DNA of 63,739 bases, filler included, from Neolecta irregularis DAH-3 (lineage: Eukaryota): the NCBI GenBank assembly GCA_001929475.1. It is 13 parts of 13 records of this genome, joined end to end, with 100 filler letters (N's around TTAATTAATTAA, not from the genome) between each part and the next. Parts side by side here need not be neighbours in the genome. Positions count along the whole stretch, not along the records: positions 25,723 to 53,665 come from LXFE01000350.1; positions 53,766 to 54,915 come from LXFE01003280.1; positions 55,016 to 56,430 come from LXFE01003288.1; positions 56,531 to 57,647 come from LXFE01003290.1; positions 57,748 to 58,921 come from LXFE01003293.1; positions 59,022 to 60,861 come from LXFE01000353.1; positions 60,962 to 62,110 come from LXFE01003306.1; 6 more parts are not named here. The stretch is one strand, 5' to 3'. Made by a program: the position numbers and the translations under genes. The notes beneath the pieces were generated by a model. That model saw nothing but the letters and a program-made list of their open reading frames with translations, made no database searches and was not told where the DNA came from. Position 1 is the stretch's first letter; each line of letters starts with the position of its first letter. Below are positions 49,601 to 61,455 of the stretch, piece by piece.

Positions 49601-52600
49601 ATCCACTCAAGATTATATCGCATTCCAGAAACGTCTGGGTAGTCAAAGGTTCTTGGGTCGTCTTGAAGATCAGGATATAAAGTATTCCGAATGAGCTGCG
49701 AGATTTCGGGACGCATGCGTCTTTGTACACGAAGAGTAGTCGTTGGAAATTCCAAGGGTCTTCCATTGTCTTCGTCGTTCCATTTCTTGTTACAAAGACG
49801 TTCAAACAGTGATTCGTCAAGTCGCAGTGACTTTCCTTGCCTGCTCTCAAGAGACAAATTGAAATTGTTAACTTTTGGGCGAAGCTAGGGTGTAAGTGAA
49901 GGCTACTATTATGAAGAACCTGCTGATGATCTCCAATAAGAATAGCGTGCTCGATTGATGGGCAGAATGAAGTAAGAGTATGTGCCTCCAAAACCTCTCC
50001 AGCTTCTTCACAAATAATAATCTTGGATCGAAGAGAATTGACGAGCGTTGTATAGCGAGCCATACCGTTAGTCGTCAAGCCTATGACATCCAATTTGCTA
50101 AGACATGACCGGTTCGCTTCATCTCGAAGTTCCGATAGCTGAGACTGATGCTTTTTCAACTCATCATTCGCTTGTTGGAGATCGGTTTGCCACTCATCTT
50201 CCAGCTCTACTTTCCATGTATCCACAAGTCTTTGTCGTTCCATCCTTGACGTTTCCCAAATGTCGTCAACAAGCATTAGTTGCTCAATAGGCCGATTAAA
50301 TCCAACATACTCAGGTATTTTCGGCAGAAAAGGTGAATCTTGGATTGAAAGATTTTCAATATCAAGTTCTTTGTCCTGGATTGAATATTCTGTAACATCC
50401 AGGTTATTAAAAATATCGAAGAAGTTGGATTGTCTTGGTTCTTTCTTTTTTAGGGTAGTAGTCTTTGGACCTATTGGCGATAAGGGCTGTTCATAAACTT
50501 GGATATCTGCGCCTTTAATCCAAAAATCAAAAGCATTGGTTGCATTCTGGATTTGGAATCCGTCTCCATCTAAAGGATGTGCTAGCTGGTAGAATAAATG
50601 CGGAAATTCGACACTTAGGTAATCCGAAATAGCTTCCCACGAGATATGCCCACTTTGCAGAGATTTGGCTTTATGTTCAACAGCTGCAACTGATTTTTCG
50701 ATCTTTCGCATTGTTTTCCAGATCTTGCGCCTCCCTGTAGCGGGTGATCTAACATCCTGAACCAGATTTCGAAGGTTGTAAGGCATCAAGCGTTCGGATT
50801 TCGAAGATCCTCCAATTCGACCAATTTTTTCGATTCCCCGATTGAGTAGATGTTCCAAAAACTGGTCTAAAGCGTGGTTCGTGAAACATCTGTAAAGCTT
50901 AGCGAAATAATCGAATTTGCATACACGCAAATAATCGGTCCACCGCCAATCTCCTTTTTCACAGAAAGTAACAAGCTGACGATTGCCACACCCACAAAGG
51001 ATTTTCCTGTCCCTGGCGGCCCTTGGATAATACAGAGCTCTTGACGAACAGCCGATAATACAGCCATTTGCTGTTCTTTATCGAGTGTGGTGTGAGTTTT
51101 GAGGAGCTGAAGGAAAGTTATATCTCGTGAAGAAGATGGGGCCATCAAGCTTTCTCTGGAGCCAGATATCTTTGCAATATCAAATTCAAGTATTTTCTCG
51201 CGAGCATAGAATGGAGGCGGAACCTCAACCATCTTGCCAACACCCCTGACATTCAGACCACAGAGATAATCATAGAAAGGAGCTTCCTCCGGATGCCGAT
51301 TCTGTAGGCACTCTAAAAACGGACGATATGATTCGTAAAGGATACCCGGATACTCAACGACACATTGTTGTCGGTAAGCATCAAGTTGATTTGTGAGTAT
51401 ACGAAGTAAAAGCATTTCATCATACTCACATCGAGTTCCGCTACTGAGTAACCGAATTGATACAGTACAACGATCCGGACTCGAAATAAGCTTTTTGATG
51501 TCCTTGAAAGTGACCGAGCAAAATATGACCTCGGTATCTGGCGTTTTGTCGGAGTCGTTAAGAATAAGACACATAAGATTCCCATTACTCAGACTTCGGG
51601 TTCGTTCCCAAAATTTCTTACTAGCGGTCTTATTACTGTTGACAGGAGATGCAAACGAGATCTCAAATGTCATCCCCAGGGATTTATGGAATCTGACACC
51701 GTTTATTCTAACATCGCGAAACTCATGAAATAGAAGACTGTTTTCAGAACCACGGTGCTTTTTTACGATTTTAACTGAGTGACGGATGTCATGTACAGCA
51801 CCGGCTACAGCTTCTTTCAATGGACCGACCATATCTTCACGCAATAACCGAAACTGGATGTCATACAGGCGAGACATACCATCCTGTAAAAAGTGATCCG
51901 AGTTGCTAAGCATTGAAGGCATATATGCTTCTCGAACAGATAGAATCTCCGAGCGGGTTGGGAGGATGTTGATCTGATTGATTCCGACAAGATCGTTATC
52001 GTGACGAGGACCCGCATCCGATAAATTGCCCGGCAGATCGACCAGGCTGGCTATTGCTAGGATGGTGCCAGTAGGAGTGACGAACTTAGATTCCTGCTCT
52101 GCAAGTTTCTGACTCAAGCGAAGCATCTCTTGGCCGTTTGAGACCATGCGATTGAGGATTTTAAGATTGCTATGCAGCCGAGTTGAAGTCGTTGTCGCTC
52201 TCAAATCTAACAGCATGATTTGAATACCGATGAACACGGAGATATGCTCGGCGAACGAATCCTGAAATTTTGCACCCGAGTTACGTTTAACAATTTGGAG
52301 CAGAAAACTAACAAGAAGATCTAGTGCTTCGTGAGCAATTGGAGATTTTGAATTTGTTGAGGTCTATGGGATTAGTATGTTTCCATAAGAAATTGTTACA
52401 TAATGAGATAATGCTGAAGTGAGTTTTTCGAGGAAAGGGACTGCCCTGGCGCCGCTCTCTCCATAGATCGAAGAATACAAGTTCCCGAGCTGAAAGACAA
52501 CTGTTCTTTTCAACAACTCTTCATGAACGAGGATCTTGAGGAATGAAAGGACTACAGATTCAAATTCGAGGTCTTTAGTACGGAAAAGTGCAACGGAGAT

Positions 52601-53101
52601 CTTTTCGGCAGAAATAGGCATTTCAATGATCTCTAGAATACGTTCCAGACCTTGGGCGCCAGGAGTTCCCATAGAGTCAACGAGCTCCATCTTTTCTTCG
52701 TGATGATCGGGAGCATCCAGAAGAGCAAGGGCGCTACTAACGAATTCCCTGACCTGGGATGCAGACATGAAGGGTCTGGCCGCCCTACGAGTGTACTTGC
52801 TCCATCGCGAGATAACTTGTTCAAGAGATATGTCTGTTGAGGTTAGAATATTACGCAATTGATCTTTACTGGATATAGAGCTCAGATCATGCGAAAACGG
52901 GCAGGAGAAGCCAGTCTTGCAAATTTCATTCTGTAGATATTGACGGCACACGACCCGAGTTTCATTGTTCCTCGGGTGCCGAGGGAATTCCGAAGACTGT
53001 TGAGATCGATTGGGTAAGTCATGAGAGTATTTGCAATCTTTTCCTTTATTGCATGTTCCCTTTGCTTCAAATGTGCAAAATTGCGTAATTCGACTGGACA
53101 T
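46687..53101 (-). CDS. ZNFX1/Hrr1-like SF1 RNA helicase with NF-X1 zinc fingers, N-terminal CCCH fingers and C-terminal RZ finger
   Basis: Two CCCH motifs, RHDND, FRLLRED, IQGPPGTGKS, CFTNHALDQFLE, EEAGE, LIGDHQQ, SLFERL, TVDNFQG, NRVNVLLSRA, CGH repeats, WYFCENQH...IGECG.PM...CPECG..VGG..H. Confidence 0.92.
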
Positions 53102-53343
53102 TATAAACCTAGTTATTAGCGCGCGTGTAATAACCCAACGACCAAAAAACCAGAAGATTGAGAATACTACAATCAAGAGAGGTTTGATTCAACAGGGGAT
53201 GCAGATTGGAATTCTTGTACGATATATTTCCTTGAAGATTTCCTCAGGATTTCTATGCGATATGAAACGTGTTTGTTGCTTATCACAAATTCTGACCAGG
53301 GACCCCTGCAACTAGTGCAACTGCGCGAAGACATTATCTTATT

Positions 53344-53665
53344 TACGGACATTAATATTTGGGGTAAGCTCAAGGGTGATGAAACGGGCACCACCCTGAA
53401 CCGGCCATCTTTCCAAAAAAAACATAAATTTCAAAACACCAAATTTCTCCAACCCCAGTGATTAAAAATGGAAACTAATGAGCAGATGGTACAATTAGAT
53501 ATCACAGATTTAGATGATAGAAGATTTAATTCCAAAAAAGCAGCTGTAGCTGCATATAGAATACTGTGTTCCACTTTTGTTGGTTGCATCCAACGTCTCA
53601 CAAATCACCACACAAGCCACGAAAATAAACATAAATTAAGACCAACACAAGAACAATTCCTTGTT
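53344..53665 (+). mobile_element. Fot1/pogo-like transposon 5' remnant
   Basis: ORF 53468 resembles the pogo HTH N-terminus (S.K.A..AY.I..ST......H...HKL.PTQE.FLV), degenerate, runs into gap. Confidence 0.65.
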
Positions 53666-53929
53666 NNNNNNNNNNNNNNNNNNNNNNNNNNNNNNNNNNN
53701 NNNNNNNNNTTAATTAATTAANNNNNNNNNNNNNNNNNNNNNNNNNNNNNNNNNNNNNNNNNNNNATCTATCATTTCGTTCGACTCCTACTCGGCCGGAT
53801 TCCCAGTCGTCGTCTAAAGAGAGTGTCGTAAGCTTGGACAACTTCATTTTTGGTGCCCACACTACGTCATCGTCACCCAACTTAGATATCACTTTCCCAA
53901 ATCAATATTGCCTAGAGTCTTTATTTTTC

Positions 53930-54832
53930 AGCGGGGAGCCTCATCCTATGGCGGTCGTTTACCTTAGAATATCCTCGATCATTGGAAGTGTGCGGAGGCC
54001 TGAGGAGTCACTAGGTAGCTTCCGGGTTTTGAGGATTCCCTGTTTCCCTTTTTTTGTTTCTTATAACCCTCTGCCTGTGAGGAAAGCCTGCTCTGTTAAT
54101 TTTCTGCTCTCTCAGATAGAGGAATATAACCTGTAAGTGTTGAAGCTCGAGTTCGAATAAGACTGGGTTTATTATACTAGCTTAAGTGACTGAACTTGGC
54201 TAGGTAATGAACGCCTATCTACTTTATATAATACAAATTAACTTGTCGCAATATTATTTCAAGCCTTCCTTCCGTAATGGTAAGCTCTACTTACATAACC
54301 CACCCCATTTCTAGAACTTGGACATTTCACCTGTGTGTAAAGTTCCTGTACAGAGTATAGCATAACATCAAAATAAAGCCAGATTTGGCTTATTTTCAGG
54401 GATGATGGATGCTATCTCAAATTAATGGGGACTAATACAGAACCTAGTCGATGATTTATGGAAATCATAATACGATATAGCACTAATTTCTATGGAAATC
54501 ATAAAACTTACGATGATAGCAGTAGGGTTAGGGTCAGGGTTTTATCTTCTACCTTCATCTGGACCTACGCCCCTACAGTCGCTGAGTTCATCAGCAAACC
54601 GGAAGGAGGGAGAACCTCATCTTGGCGGTCGTTTACTCTAGAATATCATCGATCATTGGGAGTGTGCGGATACCTGAGGAGTCACCAGGTAGTTCCCAGG
54701 GGTTGAGGATTTCCTGTTTCTCTCTTTATTGCTTATTATAGCTCTCTGACAACATGGAGGAAAGCCTGCTCTGGTATATATAACTACCTATTTTTCTGCT
54801 CTTTCAGATAGAGGAATATAACCCGCCCCATT
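53930..54832 (+). repeat. About 200-bp diverged direct repeat (about 53930-54131 vs 54608-54823)
   Basis: Shared cctcatc..tggcggtcgttta, cgatcattgg.agtgtgcgga, cctgaggagtcac, gaggaaagcctgctctg, cagatagaggaatataacc. Confidence 0.85.
54132..54295 (+). mobile_element. 164-bp solo LTR (TGTAAGT...ACTTACA) with 5-bp TSD TAACC
   Basis: TAACC at 54127-54131 and 54296-54300; the paralogous repeat near 54820 lacks the insert. Confidence 0.88.
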
Positions 54833-55179
54833 CTCTTCTACGCATCCTCAAAGGCAGACAGAACTCTAGACATTTCAGATAGTAGCAACCTTTGTGTCAT
54901 TTGGCAACAACAACANNNNNNNNNNNNNNNNNNNNNNNNNNNNNNNNNNNNNNNNNNNNTTAATTAATTAANNNNNNNNNNNNNNNNNNNNNNNNNNNNN
55001 NNNNNNNNNNNNNNNAATTGATTGTGCACTCGAGATCATTACGAGATTGAAGGATTGAAGGAAGAAACTCGACAAAGGATCCTGAATGAAGGGTTTTGCA
55101 TTGGTGATGTCACGAGATTGTGTCACGAGATTGTGTCACGAGGGTGATTGGAGGGAGGCATGAGATATGATATATTATT

Positions 55180-56430
55180 CTATACTCCAAAGGCAAACTC
55201 GTCAACCGCAGGATCCTGAATAAAAAGCAGCTTTTGGTCGTTCCAAAAGGGATTGTATTCATTGGGCTGGGGCATGGTCGAGGTTTCTGTTTCTGGGGTT
55301 TCCGACTGGTGTAGCCAGTATGGGACTTTGAGGTTTAATACATTATAGTCTGCGGGGGAGGGGTGATTGAATACTGGAGAGGGATGATCGAGGGAAGGGT
55401 GATTGAATACTGGAGAGGGATGATCGAGGGAAGGGTGATTGAATACTGGAGAGTGATCGAGGGAAGGGTGATTGAATACTGGAGAGGGGCGATCGAGGGA
55501 AGGGNNNNNNNNNNTGGGTGATTGAATACTGGAGAGGGATGATCGAGGGAAGGGTGATTGAATACTGGAGAGGGGTGATTGAATACTGGAGAGGGGTGAT
55601 CGAGGGAAGGGTGGTTGAATACTGGAGAGTGATCGAGGGAAGGGTGATTGAATACTGGAGAGGGGCGATCGAGGGAAGGGCGATCGAGGGAATTGTGGTT
55701 ATATACTGGAGAAGGGTTGAACATGTCGAGCGGGGGCTGCAAATCCGAGGGAGAATAGTTGTACAGGGCCAAGGGGTCAAGGGTGATGGGGTGGTGTTCT
55801 ACGACGGTGCAGACAGCGTCTTGTTTGAAATCCATAATGATGATGGCAAGGAGTGCCGAGTCGTCGAGTCTGACTTCCTGCATCATTGTGAGACCTTTGC
55901 AGGGGTCTAGGGCTGGTGTGGATGCGGTCATGCCAAGGATGAAGTGGGACCAAAAGTCTTGGCAGAGGGGGATTGAGAGGAAGGCGGACGGGGAGCCATC
56001 GACGTATATGCTGTTGCGAGCCTTTACGGCCTCTGCCATGTCGAGGACCTTGCTTCCGTCGACGTATATGCTGCTGCGGACGGACCACTGTGGCTGAGAT
56101 TGGCGTTTTTTGTAGGAGAGTTTGAGGGTGGACTGTGCAAAGACGGAGGAGAGGCTGATGATTTCTGGGGAAATGTGGCACTGGAGGGCGGCGCGGATGT
56201 GGATGACGGGGGAGGGGGAGGGCGTATGCTCTAGTTCCTGAAACAGCAGGTTGAGGTCTGGCCAGCGGGCGGGCCAGGAGGGGATGGAGGCGAGGGGGGT
56301 TGTGGCGAGCGGGGGAGCGGCGTTCTTGTCGTATGCGATAAACTTTGCGTGGACGGAAGCGTCTGACCAGAGGTGGAACGACAAGAGGTCTGCCAAGGAA
56401 GGCGGGGGCTGGGGCGGGGAGGAGGAGGCG
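55180..56430 (-). CDS. TEA/ATTS (AbaA/Tec1-like) transcription factor, C-terminal region; N-terminus in gap
   Basis: L..IPSWPARWP.L, VIHIRAAL, W.V.SSIY.DG, PL...FW..F, LTMMQEV, AIIIMDF resemble the fungal TEA-factor C-terminal domain; the 10-N gap shifts the frame, true stop probably 55180. TEA domain itself not visible. Confidence 0.5.
55361..55720. repeat. Coding minisatellite (about 33 bp, PSLDHPSPVFNH)
   Basis: gggtgattgaatactggagagggatgatcgagggaa-type units, about 10 copies. Confidence 0.9.
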
Positions 56431-57208
56431 NNNNNNNNNNNNNNNNNNNNNNNNNNNNNNNNNNNNNNNNNNNNTTAATTAATTAANNNNNNNNNNNNNN
56501 NNNNNNNNNNNNNNNNNNNNNNNNNNNNNNGAGATTCCAGCTGCAAGATTTGACCTATCTTTTCACATGTCATCTGAATAAGCTCATTAATATGTGAATT
56601 ACCACTCCCGATGTCTGCAGGCGCTCCCACTGAGGCTTTATCAAGTCCAGACTTTAAGCATAAGCGTTCGAGGCCATTGCATTTCATCGACACTGCAACC
56701 AGTACATGTGATAATATCACGCTGTGAAGCAGAAATGTACTTTCGTGAGTTGAGCAGCTTTGAACAAAATTACCATTTTTCAAATTTCACCTTGTCAGTC
56801 CGAAATACTATGTATGAGGGAAGTTAAAAAAACCCCTCTGAAAGGTTTTCCCGTATGAAACAAGAGAATAAAGATTGTCGCGGGGCCTTTAACCTTCGGC
56901 TAAATTTTTATTTTTTAAGTCTCCATATATTTTGCCTCCTCCGTTATAGATTTTCCCATCCTGAGGTGAAGGAAAATGCCTAAAGGAGGTTTTGAAATAT
57001 TAACCTTTTTTAACTCCTTATAGTCCATTAATATTTGGTGTTAAATTTTTGGGCCTTATGTTGCAGGTGTTGCGGGAGAGGGACTTTGAGGATTTCTCTT
57101 CTCAGGTGTCGCGAAAAAAGAAAATAGGTGTGTACCAGATTCTTTGGGAAGAAATTGGGAAGATTCGATTAAAAAATATTCCAAGACAGTGGTGTACCAA
57201 ACGGGCGC

Positions 57209-57270
57209 TTAACATTTGAATTTGCCAAATTGCCAAATTTCATGAAATTTGATGCGTGTCAAATGCACCC
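57209..57270 (-). mobile_element. PIF/Harbinger-like terminal sequence (TA|GGGTGCATTTG...)
   Basis: Related ends at 523 (tta|gggtgagtttgg..aaatttcat) and 25761 (tta|gggtgcgttcg). Confidence 0.4.
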
Positions 57271-57747
57271 TAGGTTTAATTGTCTAATCTATATGTAACT
57301 CCCTGGGGCCACACCCTGGACATAACTCAAGTTAGGTATCTGTTGTTCCTTAATATACCCTATTATTTAGGGTTTAGATTCAGCCACTTGCCGTATTGGT
57401 AAGAATATACCTCGAATTCTTATTGTGTCATCCAAATTCTCCCACAATCATCTATACTCGTTTTCACCATGTTCCCCTCACACCCTTCTGAACGAGTTTT
57501 ATATTACAACTATGATTTTGATATATGACAATAGGATGATTGGTATGGTGGCGGTCTCAAGCCAGTGTTATATATTTCTCAAAGCTCCTCCTAATGGTGC
57601 CATAATCACAGCAGTATTCTCTCTCCTACCCCTTCTCAGAACAAGGTNNNNNNNNNNNNNNNNNNNNNNNNNNNNNNNNNNNNNNNNNNNNTTAATTAAT
57701 TAANNNNNNNNNNNNNNNNNNNNNNNNNNNNNNNNNNNNNNNNNNNN

Positions 57748-58397
57748 AAGTAGGCTTCTTGGTATGTGAGTTGTAGATGTTCCAAGTTTGGAACGTTTGG
57801 TACCAAGTTTGGAACGTTTGGTACCAAGTTTGGAGCGTTTGGTACCAAGTTTGGAGCGTTTGGTACCAAGTTTGGAACGTTTGGTATGACGTCTTCATCT
57901 TTCTCATTCTCTTTCTGTTTCTGTTTCTCATTCTCATTCTCATTCTCATTCTCATTCTCATTCTCATTAATCCTGCCTTCTGATAGCAATATTCTATTTT
58001 TCAAAACCCGCACCCTCTTTTCTCTCTCCTTTTTAAAAAGCAGTCTCTGGGCACGGCGGGCAGCGGTAACTTCTTCAGCAGTCAAGGAAGCGTCTGCGGG
58101 GAGGAGACCGCATGCGCGCTTGAATCTGGTGTGCCAGGTGGGATCGCTCCTGCTGAGGGAGCCTTTGCCAAAGAACCCGCGAGCCCACAGGCCGGCGGCG
58201 GAGGGGGGGTGGGAGACATGGACGGAGCGGGAACCGGGGTCGAGGGAGGCGACATAAGAGGGATAGGCGGGGCGGGGCCGGAAGACGCGCAGCAGACAGG
58301 TCAGGAGGCGGAACGGAGGGGCGAGGGCGATGGGAAGGGCGTCGGGGTGGCGGGCGGAAGCGTCACGGGGAGGGCGCGGAGGGAGCGCAGCGGGCAT
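57748..58397 (-). CDS. SEN2: tRNA-splicing endonuclease subunit Sen2, N-terminal part (3' end in gap)
   Basis: RSVHV.....LW.RGFFGKGSLSRSDPTW, LTAEEVT..RR..R..FK.ER, LEHLQL..QEA; internal (EN)n and VPNLVPN repeats. Confidence 0.92.
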
Positions 58398-59021
58398 GAC
58401 GACGGTTAAAGCGGAGTAATGATGAGTAATGATGGCAGAGTGAGGGAGGCGGCGATCGGCGGGTGATCTGTGCGCGTGGCACCGGTGGCGCGGGCGGTGC
58501 GCTGTCCGGTCGGTGTTGCGGTAGCGGTAGCGTAGCGGTAGCGGTAGCGGTAGCGGTCGCGGTCGCAGCATCGCAGCATCGCAGGCATCACAGCACAGCA
58601 CAGCACAGCGCATCGCAGCGAGGCGCGATGACGCAGCGCAGCGCATCGCCACCGCCACCCGGCGGGTGCATGGGGCGCCGGTGCCCCGCCGTGGCGATGC
58701 CCGTGCTGCGCGCAGCCCCGCGCCGATATATAGCGGGCAGGCGCGCGCAGAGCCGCCCCCACGGCCACGGCCATGGACGCGGACCTGCCCTCTGTGATCG
58801 ACAGGTAGCGCGCGTGCGAGAGCGAGGCCCCGGCTGACGGCGCAGCATCGTCCACGACGCCGAGAGCGCGCGCCGCCTGTGGGCTGCCGGCCTGGCGCAG
58901 CAGAGCGCGCAGCACCTCGACNNNNNNNNNNNNNNNNNNNNNNNNNNNNNNNNNNNNNNNNNNNNTTAATTAATTAANNNNNNNNNNNNNNNNNNNNNNN
59001 NNNNNNNNNNNNNNNNNNNNN

Positions 59022-59331
59022 CTCTGACATAGAACCTCTCTCCGAATTTGTCATATGTAGTGAGGATGCCGATGAAAATACGCACCGACTTTTGAGTCGA
59101 CTGTTGAACAGAGTCTTCAGCCGACTCTTGAACCGAGTCTTGAGCCGACTCTTGAGCTAACTCTTGAGCCGACTCTTGAGTCAACTCTTGAGAAGGAGAT
59201 CGAAAACTATAGTATCCGACAGGCAAATAATTTCGAAAGGCCAAGAGTGATAAAAGGAATAGAGAAAGGACAAATATGCAGGTTCGGACAGGCTTGAAAT
59301 CGCCTTGATGATGAAAAACTGGAAACTGCAT
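59022..59331 (-). CDS. Type II membrane glycosyltransferase (GT31-like), N-terminal part
   Basis: Single TM segment, QESA-repeat stem, RIFIGILTTYDKFGERFYVR typical of the GT31 first strand and helix. Confidence 0.6.
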
Positions 59332-60024
59332 AGCAGGGACAAGACGAAGGAAGAGTATGAATCCGGCAAACCACTATTGCATGAACTGGTTTGGCCATTT
59401 TTAGTCCTGCTAACTGGGCCATCACCCCTCCATCTGCTACTAGTGTTTCTAATCGACTAGACGGACCAGACCAGGGAGGGGGCCTTGGTCTGGTCGGTCT
59501 AATCACTAGACGGTCCAGACCATCTTATACATGCGAAAGAAATTCTCCTTGGGAGTTGTATTGCTAAGATTTTGTGATATTTTTGATATATATAAGGATG
59601 TATCTAGGTTCAGTGTGGTTAGAACTCCCTCAATGGCTCCAGCACCCTCGCCCACTCTAAACCCCTTGCCGGCTCCAGCCCCTTGCCCGCTCCAACTGCT
59701 TGGCCAGCTGCAGTGCCTTGTCTGCTGTAATGCCCTCACCCGCTGTAATATCCTCACCTGCTGCAATGCCCTCGCCCACTGCGACATCATTTCTGCTGCG
59801 ACGCGCTCACCCCCTGCAATACTGTCATCATCCTGGGCAGTTAAGCACTTCCATACATATGATGATATTGCATGAAAAATGTGTAACATCGAATTTGATG
59901 TATGAACCTATTTGATAATTATGATCCGATGCTGCGATACCGGGTTAATACAAGTCACGTTTCGTAGATTTCCTACTTTTCACAGATTTCCTCTCTTCGT
60001 CATCTTGCCCTTCTAACTGAAAGC

Positions 60025-60787
60025 ATGTCATTTGTACCAGGTATCCGTTTTTTGAGTTGTTCATCGCGACTTGCTCATAGTCTACCTGATCTTAAATACG
60101 ATTATGCGGCTCTTGAACCGTTTATCTCTGGGAAAATAATGAATGTAAAATCACGCTGTGGTGTCGCTGATGTTTGATTCATCATACAAAACATCATCAG
60201 GCTTACGTCACCAATCTCAACGCCGCTCAAGAGAAATACGAAAAGGCTTTTACAAGTAACGATCTTGCTGCCCAAGTTTCTCTTCAACCTGCGATTAAAT
60301 TTAATGGGGGCGGTCGTATGTCGGGGTTTGAGAAGATGGCTTATGGCAGATATCAATCATTCGTTATTTTGGGAGAATCTAGCGCCGAAGAAAAGTGGAG
60401 GTGGGGAATTACATGAATGTGCCGTTAAAAAAGCGATTGCCACTGAATTTGGGGGATTGAATGAACTTATCAAGAGATTTAATGGTGAGTTGGCTGGGAT
60501 TCAAGGGAGCGGATGGGGATGGTATGTGCCGGATAATATTTTGTTGATGTTAGGCTTGTAAAAGATGAAGGCAAGTTGCGGGTGATTACTACTGCGAATC
60601 AAGATCCTGTTTCTGCGGTGAAGCCATTGCTTGGTATTGATGCGTGGGAACATGCGTAAGATTTTATGTGGGCGGACTAATGATTAGGTATTATTTGCAG
60701 TATCAGAATGTCAAGGCGGACTATTTCAAGGCTATATGGGAGGTAATTAACTGGAAGACAGTGGATGAGCGATATGTAGCAGTTTAA
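60025..60787 (+). CDS. SOD2: Mitochondrial Mn superoxide dismutase
   Basis: Presequence then [64 protein letters not shown]; introns of 32, 34, 32 and 32 nt. Confidence 0.97.
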
Positions 60788-61062
60788 TGTAGATGTGATA
60801 GTGGTATTGAGGAAATAGAAGATTGACATCAATCAAGTCAGAGCCATCCAGTATTGGCAATNNNNNNNNNNNNNNNNNNNNNNNNNNNNNNNNNNNNNNN
60901 NNNNNTTAATTAATTAANNNNNNNNNNNNNNNNNNNNNNNNNNNNNNNNNNNNNNNNNNNNGGCGGGGAGGTCACAGGCGGGGCGGTGACGGGAGGGCAG
61001 CAACGGGCAGAGCGGTATCACCTTTACTTAGGATTAGGTTTAGGAAACCACCTTTCCAACGG

Positions 61063-61455
61063 GAATAATATTGTACTGGAGCTATATATGACCTTTCAGC
61101 ATGATCAAGTTTGCGGTCCAAAAATTTCCTATCGCGAAGAAATCCGAAAGAATTACCATCTGGTGATCCAGTCAGGCACGGGGGGGCAGGGGAGGCGTGG
61201 GTGGTGGGAACCTTTCAAGTTTTGGTGTTTCAAACCCAAAGATCTGAAGGAACGCGTTAATAGAGGCTAGAGAGGAAATAGAATAATATTGGACTGGAGC
61301 TATATATGACCTTTCAGCATGATCACGTTTGCAGTCAAAAAAGATTATAAAATTTCCTATCGCGAAGAAATCCAAAAGAATTACCACCTGGTGATCCAGT
61401 CAGGCACGGGGGGCAGGGGAGGTGTAAGTGGTGGGAACCTTTTAAAGTTTTTGTG
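61063..61455. repeat. Two diverged direct repeats of about 165 bp (period about 219 bp)
   Basis: aataatattg.actggagctatatatgacctttcagcatgatca...ggtgatccagtcaggcacggggggcagggg occurs twice. Confidence 0.85.

Noticed and set aside
16550-60787. Apparent redox/sulfur gene cluster (MET5, thioredoxin-like, YAP1, SOD2)
   Set aside because: The genes lie on different contigs among unrelated housekeeping genes; no evidence of clustering.
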